Source of the DNA: Acidobacteriaceae bacterium
GTDB lineage: Bacteria > Acidobacteriota > Terriglobia > Terriglobales > Acidobacteriaceae
DNA length: 64,000 bases
Assembly: GCA_050014235.1 (NCBI GenBank)
Contig: JBEKDS010000016.1
Coordinates: forward strand, 44,760 to 108,759
Direction of reading: 5' to 3'
Program-made: the position numbers and the translations under genes
Shown here: one piece after another, positions 1 to 9,921 of the stretch
Layout: the number at the start of each line of letters is the position of its first letter
Numbering within the stretch: position 1 is the first letter of the stretch
Notes under the pieces: model-generated
Told to the model about the DNA's origin: nothing
The model's input: the letters and a program-made list of their open reading frames with translations, nothing else
The model's database searches: none

Positions 1-168
1 AACTCCATGTTGAGGTTCTACGACTATGCCACGGGCGCCACAAGCACTCTGCTCCCCATGGGGCGTCCGGAGTTTGGCCTCGATGTCTCGCCGGACGGGC
101 GCTATCTCGTGTATGCCCAGCTCGATGATCCAGCGAGCGACCTGATGCTGGTCGAGAACTTCCGATGA
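1..168 (+). CDS. 3' end of a TolB/PD40-like beta-propeller protein (5' part outside window)
   Basis: Frame 1 reads NSMLRFYDYATG...GLDVSPDGRYLVYAQLDDPASDLMLVENFR*; SPDG repeat and the DLMLVENFR ending are typical of PD40 propeller C-termini. Confidence 0.7.
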   Translation, partial: NSMLRFYDYATGATSTLLPMGRPEFGLDVSPDGRYLVYAQLDDPASDLMLVENFR

Positions 169-297
169 AGATCACGCTGTGATTGCGAGAGATCTGTGAA
201 TCAGTACCGGCAACTCGGCCAGTGCCTACAAATGAGAAATCCTCGAACTACGACGACATGAACTTTTCTAGGACGCGCACGTACCCAGTCGCGAATA

Positions 298-2250
298 TTA
301 GACCCGGGCGACGGTGAGGACAGTGATGTCGTCCGCTTGCGGAGCGCCGAAGCCGAAGGCGCGGGCGGCCTCGGCGATGGCGTTCGCGGCCTGGCGGCTG
401 ATGGCCTGGGTGCGCTCGAAGCCGAAGAGCTCCTTGGTGGCTGGCGCGGTCGCTTCGATGACGCCATCGGTCACCAGCGTCAAGGACTGCGCTGGGTCGA
501 TGCGCAGCCGGGTCTCGGCATATTCGACATCCAGCGTAATCCCCAGGGGAAGGTTGCTATCCGTCTCGATTTCCACCCCATCGAGATACGGATTGGGATG
601 GCCGGCATTGGTGATGGTCACCTCGCCCTCCCGCGTGATCATCAGCGCGAGGCAGGTGGCGAATCCCGCGGTGCGCCCATGCAGCCGCCGGTTCAGGCCG
701 GCCAGCAAGTCCGCAGGGCTGGTGTAGAACTCCGCGTAGGTGCGCAGCGTGCCCACGATCAGCGACACCGTCATCGCCGCCTTCAAGCCCTTGCCGCTCA
801 CATCGCCCACGACGACGAACGCAGCGCCGTCCGCCAGCGGCAGCACCTGGAAGAAATCCCCGCCCACCTCCTGCGCCGGGAAGTATGCACTCTCAACCGT
901 GAGGCCAGCCACCGGCTCCAGAAAGTCCGGAATCAGCACCTGCTGCACCGTCCGCGCGGCCTCGAACTCGCCATGCAGGCGCGTCCGCTCCGCCTGGGTC
1001 TCGGCGAAGCGCTCAATCAGGACATAGGCCACCGCGCCCAGAAAGAAGAGCGAGGCGAGGTCGGTAAAGCTGAACCGGACGGGCTCCGCGAAAATGGGGG
1101 GCAAGAGACGCGCGGTAAGGCCGACGAAGTACATGATAAGACTGCCGTCAAGGGCGATATTGGCAGCTGCCAGCAACAGCAGCGGAACAGCCAGCCTGCG
1201 CGCGCTTCGCGACTGCTTCCAATAGGCAAAGGCCAGCCAGGCGACGGTGGCATAGCAAAGTGCGTCGCTCACGGCATAGAGGACGCTCCATGCCCTCAGG
1301 CTGACGAAGATGGTCGCGCTCTCCACCATATCGAAGAGCAGGAACCCAACTTCGAGGTAGACCACCCAGCGGGCGAAACGGGCGAGGGGCCGGCCGATGA
1401 AGTAAAAGAAGAAGAGAATGAGCGCGATATGCGGGGCGTCCGAAGACGGCGTTTCGATCAGGTTGTACCAACGAAATGAGACGAAGATCCAGTGACTGAT
1501 GACGAGGTCGCTGATAGGACCGAGGCCGGTCAGGACCGCGAGGATGCCGAACCACAGATATTCCTTGCTGCTCTTTTCCTTCCGGTAGAGCAGCAGGGAG
1601 AAACACCCCGCAAGGAGGTAAAGCAGGCCGATCAAACATTCGGCCGAGCTTCGGATCAACCGGCCGCTCGCGTACCGGGTGAGGGTATCGTTGATCTCGC
1701 CAGGGCTGCCCAGCAGGATGGGGCCACCGCTGAACCCGCCGACCTGGCAAAATCCGGTTGACGGCGATGACCAGACGCGCACCGCGAGGACGACTTCGCC
1801 GGTGTGCTGCGGGATGGGCGCGGCGGTATTCCAGAAGTGGTGATTGTAAGTCTGGGTCGAACCCGGGCCTACCGGTCCCCAGGCCCCGATCTTTCGCCCG
1901 TCGGCGAAGGCCTCATAGTTGTCGCACACCACGCCGGCGAAGGCGACAGGTTGCGCCGCGGGCAGCGTGACGCGGATGCGATACCAGCCAAAGCCGGTGA
2001 GCCCCTTGTACCCCTGGCTGTCCCAGCTGGCGCGGCCGGAGAGCAGAGGCCACTGCGAATCGTCGAAGCCGGGATCGGCCCAGCGCGGGTTGTCGCCGGG
2101 CTGGAACCGCCACTTCGCCCTGCTCAGGTCGGCGAGCGGCTCCGCGTGCTTCATTAGGTCAACCGTCTGCGCGCACAGAACCCCGCACGCCGAGAACATC
2201 AGCAGGACCGCAAGCAGCCTTGCTCCTGCCAGTCCCCTTGCTCTTGCCAT
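298..2250 (-). CDS. Membrane PP2C/SpoIIE Ser/Thr phosphatase with N-terminal galactose-binding-like domain
   Basis: Signal-like N-terminus from MARARG (ATG 2250, AGGAG upstream); WRFQPGDNPRWADPGFDDSQW domain; multiple TM helices; VGGDFF, GDVSGKG, TDGV and DDIT motifs. Confidence 0.9.
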   Translation of the reverse strand: MARARGLAGARLLAVLLMFSACGVLCAQTVDLMKHAEPLADLSRAKWRFQPGDNPRWADPGFDDSQWPLLSGRASWDSQGYKGLTGFGWYRIRVTLPAAQPVAFAGVVCDNYEAFADGRKIGAWGPVGPGSTQTYNHHFWNTAAPIPQHTGEVVLAVRVWSSPSTGFCQVGGFSGGPILLGSPGEINDTLTRYASGRLIRSSAECLIGLLYLLAGCFSLLLYRKEKSSKEYLWFGILAVLTGLGPISDLVISHWIFVSFRWYNLIETPSSDAPHIALILFFFYFIGRPLARFARWVVYLEVGFLLFDMVESATIFVSLRAWSVLYAVSDALCYATVAWLAFAYWKQSRSARRLAVPLLLLAAANIALDGSLIMYFVGLTARLLPPIFAEPVRFSFTDLASLFFLGAVAYVLIERFAETQAERTRLHGEFEAARTVQQVLIPDFLEPVAGLTVESAYFPAQEVGGDFFQVLPLADGAAFVVVGDVSGKGLKAAMTVSLIVGTLRTYAEFYTSPADLLAGLNRRLHGRTAGFATCLALMITREGEVTITNAGHPNPYLDGVEIETDSNLPLGITLDVEYAETRLRIDPAQSLTLVTDGVIEATAPATKELFGFERTQAISRQAANAIAEAARAFGFGAPQADDITVLTVARV

Positions 2251-2280
2251 TGCCGCTGTCCTTGCTCCTGGATAGGTCCG

Positions 2281-2356
2281 GGCTGATAGCCCAAGGCTTA
2301 AGCCCTGGGTCTCAAGGACATCGGAGCGGCCACAACCCCGGACTTTAGCCCCTGGG
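2281..2356. repeat. REP-like palindromic repeat (gactttagcccctg family)
   Basis: aggcttaagccct and gactttagcccctggg between the two SpoIIE genes; related to 33734-33797. Confidence 0.5.
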
Positions 2357-2366
2357 ATATCAGCTT

Positions 2367-4361
2367 TCATGCGGTGGCCCCCATCACGACTGGCGTTCGC
2401 GCGACTGTCAGCACCGTAATGTCGTCGGCCTGCGGCGCGCCCACCCCAAACGCCCGCGCTGCCTGGGCAATCGCCTCCGCCGCCTGCCCGCTGATCGCCT
2501 GCGTCCGCTCAAACCCGAACAGCTCCTTCGTGGCTGCTGCAGTCGCTTCCACTACGCCGTCCGTCACCAGCGTCAATCTCTGTCCCGCATCAATGTGCAA
2601 CTGCGTCTCGGCATATCCGACATCCAGCGTAACGCCCAGCGGAAGGTTGCTGTCGGTCTGAATCTCGACGCCGTCGAGGTAGGGGTTGGGATGGCCGGCA
2701 TTCGCGATCGTCACCTCGCCCTCCCGCGTGATCATCAGCGCAAGGCAAGTGGCGAAGCCGGCGGTGCGGCCATGCAGGCGGCGGTTCAGGCCAGCCAGCA
2801 GTTCGGCAGGGCTGGAGTAGAACTCCGCGTAGGTGCGCAGCGTCCCCACAATCAGCGATACCGTCATCGCTGCCTTCAACCCCTTGCCGCTGACGTCGCC
2901 GACCACGATGAACGTCGCGCCGTCGCCCCCCTCAGGATTCAGGACGGGCAGCACCTGGAAGAAATCCCCGCCAACCTCCTGCGCCGGCAGGTACGCGCTC
3001 TTTACGGTGAGGCCCGGGACCGGCGGAAGAAAGTCCGGAATCAGTACCTGCTGCACGGTCCGTGCCGCCTCGAACTCCTCGGCGAGACGCGTGCGCTCGG
3101 CCTGGTCCTCGGCGAAGCGTTCGATGAGCACATACGCCATCGCCGCGAGAAAGCATACCTGGGCTGCATCGGTGTACGTCAGTTGAAAGGGATGGGAGAC
3201 CAGCGGCGGGATATCCTGTAGCGTAAGGCCCGCCTGGAACAGGCTGATACTCATGGCCTCCGCAAGTTCTGCAAGAGCGAGCAACACCAATGGGACGGCG
3301 AGTCTCCGCGCAGCGCGGGAATTTTTCCAGTAAGCCGCCACAAGCCACAGCAGGGTGAGATAAAAGAAAACCGTCTCGATCACACCGATCGCATTCCACA
3401 AGGCGACGCTCGTCGGGTGAGCGTAGCTCTCCAGCATGTCGAAGAGCAGAAACGGGACCTGGGCGATCACGACCCATCGCGGCCATCCCCGCACAGGCCT
3501 GCCAACAAAGCGAAAGAAGAACAGGATAAAGGCAACCGTGCAGACGTAGTTCAGCGAAAAGTCGCCGCGATCGCGAGCGTTGATCGTCACTGAGATCCAA
3601 TGGCCGGCGGCGTAGTCCCAAATCGTGCCGAGACCGTTGCAGACCTCGAGCAGACCGAACCAAAAATACTCCGGGCTGGACCGCTCCTTCAGATAGAGCA
3701 AGAGCGCCAGCAAACCTGCCAGGATCGAAGCCGAAGCGATCGCCAGGCCCGGCAAGCCTGTCGTCAGGATCGCTGCGTCCGCCCGATGCGCGTCGCGGTC
3801 TGCAACCACTGCCGGCGCTCCGAGCAGCACCGGCCCCCCGCCGAAGCCGCCGCCGTTGTACGGCGCCCACACACTCCAGTGCCACGTCCGGATTGCCACC
3901 TCAATCTCCCCGGAGTGACCGGGCGACCCCGCTTGGATTGTCCCTGCGTTGTACCGGGCGAGCGGCACTGAGCCAGGCGACAATGGTCCCCATTGGCCAA
4001 CCTTGACGCCATCCGCGAAGACTTCGTAGCTGTCGTGGATGTGGCCCGGCGCGATGGCAAAGGGGGCATCCGGCGGCAGCTTCAGGTGGATGCGGTACCA
4101 TGCATAGCCGCTGTAACCCTTGTACCCTTGCTCGTCCCAGCTCCTGTCGCCCGCCAGCAGGGGCCATTGCGAATCGTCGAAGGCGGGATCGGCCCAGCGC
4201 GGGTCGTCGCCGGGGTGGAAGCGCCACTTCGCCTTGCTCAGATCGGCGAGCAGGACGGTCTGCTTGGTGAGATCGACGGTTTGGCCGGCCACCGGTGCCG
4301 CGCCGATCAGCGCAAGACACAGCCACAAGCGCCACCCCGGGCACCCAACGGCTCCGCGCAT
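2367..4361 (-). CDS. Second tandem membrane PP2C/SpoIIE phosphatase with carbohydrate-binding-like sensor domain
   Basis: Start MRGAVG (ATG 4361, GAGGAAGG upstream); same architecture and catalytic motifs as 298-2250; C-terminal halves highly similar. Confidence 0.9.
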   Translation of the reverse strand: MRGAVGCPGWRLWLCLALIGAAPVAGQTVDLTKQTVLLADLSKAKWRFHPGDDPRWADPAFDDSQWPLLAGDRSWDEQGYKGYSGYAWYRIHLKLPPDAPFAIAPGHIHDSYEVFADGVKVGQWGPLSPGSVPLARYNAGTIQAGSPGHSGEIEVAIRTWHWSVWAPYNGGGFGGGPVLLGAPAVVADRDAHRADAAILTTGLPGLAIASASILAGLLALLLYLKERSSPEYFWFGLLEVCNGLGTIWDYAAGHWISVTINARDRGDFSLNYVCTVAFILFFFRFVGRPVRGWPRWVVIAQVPFLLFDMLESYAHPTSVALWNAIGVIETVFFYLTLLWLVAAYWKNSRAARRLAVPLVLLALAELAEAMSISLFQAGLTLQDIPPLVSHPFQLTYTDAAQVCFLAAMAYVLIERFAEDQAERTRLAEEFEAARTVQQVLIPDFLPPVPGLTVKSAYLPAQEVGGDFFQVLPVLNPEGGDGATFIVVGDVSGKGLKAAMTVSLIVGTLRTYAEFYSSPAELLAGLNRRLHGRTAGFATCLALMITREGEVTIANAGHPNPYLDGVEIQTDSNLPLGVTLDVGYAETQLHIDAGQRLTLVTDGVVEATAAATKELFGFERTQAISGQAAEAIAQAARAFGVGAPQADDITVLTVARTPVVMGATA

Positions 4362-4479
4362 TCCTTCCTCCGGCTGAAGTTTCTCCTGAAGTGGGTCTAT
4401 TGAGTGTACGCTTTTGTCCGGATTCAAATGGCGGAGACCAGCTCCCGCGCGACAAGCCGGGTCGTCGATTCGACCCCAC

Positions 4480-4540
4480 CGCAACCCGCGTTAAAGTCAG
4501 CACCGCAATGTTGTCGCCCTGGCCGAAAGCAGTACTCACC
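4480..4540 (-). pseudogene. Remnant 3' end of another SpoIIE gene
   Basis: Minus strand reads STAFGQGDNIAVLTLTRVA, resembling the SpoIIE C-terminal AFG..QxDDITVLTxARV of the neighbouring genes. Confidence 0.55.
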
Positions 4541-4582
4541 GGCGCCCGGGTCTAAATCGCACCTCGGCTGTCTCGGCTTTAT

Positions 4583-4790
4583 TCACGCATCCATCCACTT
4601 GGTATAGTCCTGAAAAATCTCAGGCAGCAGCAAGACAAGAATCACTGCAAAGGTCAACTGGTCGTTGAACTGTCCGCTTGCAGGAGAGGCAAATCCCGGA
4701 CGGATCCCTTTGATCGTGCCGTCGCGACCCACGAAGATTTGCAAAGTTGCCTCTCCGCTCTGAGAAGGACGCGGATGCCTTGCAGCCTTT
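4583..4790 (-). pseudogene. Possible C-terminal fragment of a TlpA/redoxin-family protein
   Basis: LQIFVGRDGTIKGIRPGFASPASGQFNDQL resembles the TlpA C-terminal (T-x-F-I-G-R-D-G) segment; no CxxC half present. Confidence 0.4.
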
Positions 4791-5200
4791 ATGGTCCCTG
4801 GCAGACTTTGATACTGGTAATTTGAAACGGACACGGATATCCGAAGGTTCCGCCAAAAAGTCGCGTTACCTGTGGACTCTTGTCTTGGAAGGTCGCGCCG
4901 ATGTACCCCGCTCCCGGCGCCTTGTTGCCTATCCTCAGTCCAGCTAATTCAACCTCGGCTTCAATAGTCAGTTGATCTGCATCCCCCAACGGCAGGCTCG
5001 TCGCAACGCTAGCAGTTTGAGAAATGTTCTCCGGAAGAAAGAATACACAGTCGTCAGCTATTACGTTGAACGCGGTTCCATAAGTACCCGGACCGCTACT
5101 CATAATCCGTCTTATCAATGTGAGACTATTGGTGCTCGAAATTTAAGATCTGGCCGTTTGCGGTTGTAAAGGCCGTTAGGTTTAGATTGGCCGTCACCAT
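4789..5200 (-). pseudogene. Hypothetical protein, apparently frameshifted
   Basis: ATG 5200 directly follows the stop of the upstream ORF (TGATCATG), reads MVTANLNLTAF...EHQ*; protein-like sequence continues in another frame to 4789. Confidence 0.35.
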
Positions 5201-5202
5201 GA

Positions 5203-5718
5203 TCAGCCCTTGTGCGGGCGACGTATATAGGCCAGGACGCATGGAAAAAAACTGTCGAAGTTCTGATCGATGCCACTTCCAAAGTTTCTAACCGGGCAAT
5301 AAACCGATGCAGTGACGACCAGGTCCGTCTGCGGCGTACTGGGAATCTCGTATTGCAGCGTGGATACGTCGGCTACATCAAACACGCTACCTGATGTAAT
5401 GATTCCGTCAGCCGTAAGGACGAAGCCAGGAATTCCGCCGCCATGCAGCGGCATGGGGCTTGAAAAAAAGGCGTCCCGTCGGCCAGTAACCAATTTCCAC
5501 GCGCAAAACCCCAAGGAAATCTTGCCGGATAGGGCATCGGCATACTCCTCGATCTCAGTAGACCCAATTCCCGTAAGAAGATTGGCGGGTGGCTCGAAGA
5601 TGTGTTCGGGGTTGGGTCTAGCGAAGCTGTATTGTGAGTGAAATAACAGGTCGGAAGGCCCAATGGCCGCCATGGGCTGCGATTCTGCGGCTTGCCCTTT
5701 GCTCTTCTCAACGTCCAT
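5203..5718 (-). CDS. Hypothetical protein (171 aa)
   Basis: GGAGAG RBS before ATG; lower GC than flanks; no recognised family. Confidence 0.6.
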   Translation of the reverse strand: MDVEKSKGQAAESQPMAAIGPSDLLFHSQYSFARPNPEHIFEPPANLLTGIGSTEIEEYADALSGKISLGFCAWKLVTGRRDAFFSSPMPLHGGGIPGFVLTADGIITSGSVFDVADVSTLQYEIPSTPQTDLVVTASVYCPVRNFGSGIDQNFDSFFPCVLAYIRRPHKG

Positions 5719-5763
5719 AGTCTCTCCAACTCGGCGGGATCGGACTTCTCCGGCGGTAGTGTT

Positions 5764-5955
5764 CTAAGAGGAGCCTGAATTCAATGCTTTTGTCGCACGC
5801 GCAAACAACGAACTAGCCGCCCGGCTGGATTTGATCTGCCGAGACTGATTCAGCTTCTCATAACTCTTCCAAACGTCTGAGCCGAGTATCTTTTCCCCGA
5901 GCTTTGATTCATAGGCGCGTTGCTGGGTTGCGGATGGTTTGCTCTCGCGCTTCAT
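5764..5955 (-). CDS. Small basic hypothetical protein (63 aa)
   Basis: AAGGAG RBS before MKRESKPS...; co-oriented with 5203-5718. Confidence 0.55.
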   Translation of the reverse strand: MKRESKPSATQQRAYESKLGEKILGSDVWKSYEKLNQSRQIKSSRAASSLFARATKALNSGSS

Positions 5956-6171
5956 GGGGTGCTCCTTGTCACGCTTGATTTTTCTTCCTTGTCGCCCCCT
6001 AAAGTCAGGTCTTGCATTGAGTGAAGCCCTTCTTCTCATCGCGCCGCGAATGTCAGGATAATACCGCAGATTCCCGCTGTCACGACCATGCGTTCCGCTG
6101 GAACATCGGAGTCCCCAGCATCCCCCACTAGGGCGCAAGCGCGGGATTGGACGGGAGTGTCGTCGGATCGT

Positions 6172-7120
6172 TCAAGACGCCTGGATGGTCGTCTGAAACC
6201 TGTGTACCGGACGACCGGATGAAGGCGTCCTTTTCTCGATTGTGATGTCGAATCCGCGATACGCGGCGGTGGAAGCCGCTGGCGGAAACTCCACAATATA
6301 CCGCGCGCGAAGCATCTTCGTGAACGATTCCAAACTCTTTGCAAGATCATCCGCGTGCGCTGTCGATATCATTCCGCCGGTCGCGTCACAGACCTTAATA
6401 AAATCGCTTGCGGAAAGAAAATCAGTGAGGGCAAAGATCGCCACGCCGCTCGCCTGTGCGCTGAACCGCAACGTATTCCAATCCGTATGGCTCCCTCGGT
6501 CAAGCCCATCCCTTAGAGCAAGAATTACGCGATGGCCGGACTGCCCGTGCAGCATCTGGGTGATAGCGACCAGCGAGTCAAAAAGGTGCGAAGGCTCCGG
6601 GCAATGAGTCAGCCTCTTTTCCCCACGCGCTTTCCACGATTGCAGCGCAACAGCTACAGCTCCCTTGAGTGCCGTAGGGTCTGCCTCAACAGCACCCGTG
6701 GGACGAACCAATTGGCAGTCCAGCGAATAGATCGCAATCTTGTCCTCCGGACTCGATGAAAGAGGCGCCAAACCCGCGATCGCATCCTCGATATGCCTCA
6801 TCAGAGTTGGAAAGGGTTGAGTCAGGTCGAGCAGCACTGCCAATGAAATCGGTTCGTCACCTTCCAACCTGGCATGGGTCACCCGAATCTTCGGGCCGCC
6901 CTCCAAGCTGACGTAGAACTTCTCCTCCGCTATCGGACCAATCGGCTTGCGATCCGGCGTCAGCACCCAGCAGTTTGGACCAGATCGGTGTAAACGTGCA
7001 GCGTCGGAATCTCTTCCTCTACTGCCTTCGATTGGGCTATCGCCAACGATGCGCTCGCGAGCGCGAGCGTTGCCGACAGACACTAACGGTAGACGCGATG
7101 GGATCGAGCCGGCACGTGAC
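6172..7120 (-). pseudogene. Acidobacterial VWA-domain secreted protein, disrupted
   Basis: Signal-like CLSATLALASASLAIAQ and IPTLHVYTDLVQ lie in a different frame from the body (ISLAVLLDLT..., RVILALRDGLDRGS, LRARYIVEF); frameshift near 6970, early stop and aberrant C-terminus. Confidence 0.7.
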
Positions 7121-7168
7121 TGCGGATAATCATACTCCCGGACAAGGGTCACTCTCTTAATATCCGAA

Positions 7169-7456
7169 TCAAGCCGTTTTTCTAAGCTCCTGCGCTCGAC
7201 CTGACTCGGCGGCCAGAGTAATAAGGCCGACCACATCCTTGGGGTGCGACACCGGGGAAGCGTGGATGGAAGGAACCTTGCGAACTGTCGCGCTCATCCT
7301 CTTGGCCATGAATTCCTCAGCTGCGGGCGGAATCATCTGATCGTTTGAGGAAACCAGGTACCAGGACGGAAGATGCTTCCACGCTGGCGGACCCGACTTC
7401 CCCGTGAACGAGCGGATGCTCAGGGGCTTCTGTACCGCCGCCATGATGCTCGCCTC
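7169..7456 (-). pseudogene. C-terminal fragment of an alpha/beta hydrolase, fused in frame to the OYE remnant
   Basis: EASIMAAVQKP...PAWKHLPSWYLVSSNDQMIPP...HASPVSHP; N-terminal catalytic Ser region absent. Confidence 0.7.
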
Positions 7457-8415
7457 TGCGTCCGCCTGCTTTTGCTCGATGGCCAGGGCCGCGCTGGCCG
7501 GCGTATAAGCAGCCGCGGAGAGTGGTGGCCCGTCGAACATAGACCGAAACAGCACCGCATTGTTGACAGCGTTTTCGTGCAGCTCATCCGTTAGTCCAAT
7601 CTCAGATCCACGAGCTTCGATCCGGTGCAGGCAGGCAACGTGACACCTACACAGTTCTTTGATCACGAAGGTGAACAGCTCTTTGGGCTTGCTATCGTGG
7701 ATGCCGCCATACTGCCCGAAGGGCGACAGACGGACCCCGACGCGATCCGCTCCGATGGCGCCGCTGACTTCCGCAACAGTTTCCAGCAGGAAACGGGGTC
7801 TGTGCTCGTGCGAACCACCGTAGCCGTCCGTGCGTGGGTTGGTTCCGTCTTCCAGAAACTGTTCAATCAGGTCGCTATTAGCCCCTGTAGTTCTACCCCG
7901 TCGAAGCCAGCCTCGATCGCATTCAGAGCAGCCCGACGAAACGCGCCGACGATGACTGGAATCTCAGCGGTTTCCAGGGCGCGTGGAATTTCCGCCTTCA
8001 CCTGTTGGAAGTCTCTCGTGAGAGCCGGAATATTCCCAACAATGGCCGAGGGCGCAACGGGCACAGAGCCATCCGGCCGCAACGAAGAATGCGAGTTTCC
8101 TCCGTTGTGAGCGATTTGCATGACGATCCCTCCCCCGCGGGCATGGACCGCATCCGTGACGACGCGCCAGCCGGCAGTCTGTTCTGCCGTATAGATTCCC
8201 GGGTCGCTTGGGTAGCCATGGGCATCGGGACTGACCGCCGTTCCTTCCGAGATGATGAGGCCCGCCGATGCGCGTTGAGCGTAATACTTGGCGTTCAGCG
8301 GGGTCGGCACGCTGTCGGCTCCCGCAGGTATCCGCGTGAGAGGCGCCATAATGATTCGATTCGGAAGCTGGAGGACCCCGAGCCGTAGAGGACTGAAGAG
8401 CGATTCAAAGGACAT
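7457..8415 (-). pseudogene. Old yellow enzyme (NemA-like alkene reductase), frameshifted and 3'-truncated
   Basis: LPNRIIMAPLTR, YYAQRASAGLIISEG, GFDGVEL; frame change near 7885 into ANSDLIEQFL...GYGGS...RVGVRLSP; ends at KQADA before the expected GRxFIANPDL. Confidence 0.85.
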
Positions 8416-8450
8416 TGCGGGCCCCTCACTTTGGCGTCTTCGTGGAATGG

Positions 8451-9156
8451 CTAGAGAAGCGTGATTTCGCCCATGTCGATTCCCACGAGCAACGGCTCCT
8501 TCACCAGCTGGTAATAGCCCTCATACGCGTACACTCGGCGCTTGGCCGGCACAATGATGCCGTCCACATCGCGATAGTCGAACGCGTAGTTCAATTCGGT
8601 GGCGTCGCCCAGAATGTCCACTGTGTAATCTTGCCGGCGCAGTAGTCCGTCGGGTCCAAAGCAGGAGACCTGTTCCTTGCAATGGCTCTTCACTTTGTCG
8701 GGGGAAATTACCTTCAACCGCCGCCAGGTTTCGCCTTCGACCTGAATCGATGGGACCTCCTCAGTCGTGAAGCCAGAGTGCGTGTAGAGGAACGGGGTAT
8801 TCAGGTAGTCCGCAATGCCTCACCGACAAAATACGCGACTTGAATGCCGTCCCCAGGGCGTCTCCCTTTGTTGTCCTTCAAAGGACTTCTCCGGGTTTAT
8901 CGCGGGCTTCGATTAGCGTACCGTCCGCCGTTTCGATCGCGATTCGGTTCGGTTCGAAGACAGCGCGCTTGTTCTGGCCGGGAAAGTCGAGTGTGACGCG
9001 TTCGTTCTGCGTCTCTGCGGTCAACACCACGTCTTTGAGAACGTCACCTTTTCCTTTGACAAACCAGATTGCCCCCGTAATCGACGCCGCAACCTTGATC
9101 GCCTCCACGCTGTTCCAGCGGGCGAGACCGCCGTGCGCTTTCACTACCAAATCCAA
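8451..9156 (-). pseudogene. Conserved hypothetical protein split by frameshifts
   Basis: LDLVVKAHGGLARW... (8878-9156) and ...FGPDGLLRRQDYTVDILG...VDGIIVPAKRRVYAY (8451-8717) read as halves of one protein, with YLNTPFLYT between them. Confidence 0.65.
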
Positions 9157-9476
9157 TAGCTCGCTTTCTCTTTACTGCTCCGTTTGCGCTCACGGTTTGC
9201 TCAACCGGCATCGCGTCTCTTGGATCCAAAACCATCGTGGCTGCTCGCATAATGGGCCATCCTCTCAGAGAATGCTGTTGGCATCCAGTGTGGTCAGCGG
9301 CAAATGTGTCTGTTGGGGACCAGGCGACCGATCGCTTGCACATGCAGCCTATCAAGTCAAGCAAACTTCGGCGAGACTGTACAGAAGAGACCACTCAACT
9401 CTGTTGAAAACGCTTTATACGGTCTTCGGTGTCATCCGCTGACCTGCGTGTTGTTAGAAGTACGTTTGAATGATGA

Positions 9477-9499
9477 TTCGAGTCCTACCTCAGGAGCCA
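9477..9499 (+). mobile_element. tRNA 3'-end fragment (att-like site, probably tRNA-Asn)
   Basis: TTCGAGTCCTACCTCAGGAGCCA = T-loop, T-stem, 3' acceptor strand and CCA; upstream sequence does not form the rest of a tRNA; lies 43 bp from the integrase-remnant stop. Confidence 0.65.
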
Positions 9500-9541
9500 A
9501 TTATTCCAATCACTTACTCTGCAACTCGATAATGCTCAGGC

Positions 9542-9745
9542 TCAGTCTTTGGGAACTTCTCGAGGGGACACCGCTCCAACTTCTTCTCCACCAAGCCCGT
9601 CCACAGCGTCTCGCAACGCCTTCTGTCCAATGTGGCCATAACTCTTCGCCACGCGAGTCGCCGTTGCCGCTGACCTGCCCAGGATGCTCGCGACGACAGG
9701 ATAGGGATTCCGGGCTTCGAGCAACCGTATGACAACGCTTAAACG
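9542..9745 (-). pseudogene. C-terminal remnant of a tyrosine recombinase/integrase
   Basis: IRLLEARNPYPVVASILGRSAATATRVAKSYGH...ALRDAV matches the box II to catalytic-Tyr region of phage integrases; the rest of the gene is absent. Confidence 0.65.
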
Positions 9746-9921
9746 TCGCCGCGCCACAGGACTCATCCTCACATCGGCGCCTCGTCCGTCCCCATCATCA
9801 GATAGCCCACCCCAATCTCTCTGAACCAGTCCAGCCTCCATCAAGCAGCTATTTCACATTGCGGGTTCTGTCGTATGCTCAAGTGGATCGATTCGGAGCA
9901 AATGAGCGGTCGATTGCGCCA

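Noticed and set aside
337-1479. Long + strand ORFs opposite the SpoIIE gene
   Set aside because: Antisense shadow of a GC-rich coding strand; no motifs of its own.
9477-9499. Complete tRNA gene
   Set aside because: Only the T-arm and 3' acceptor strand are present; no D-arm, anticodon arm or 5' acceptor strand upstream.
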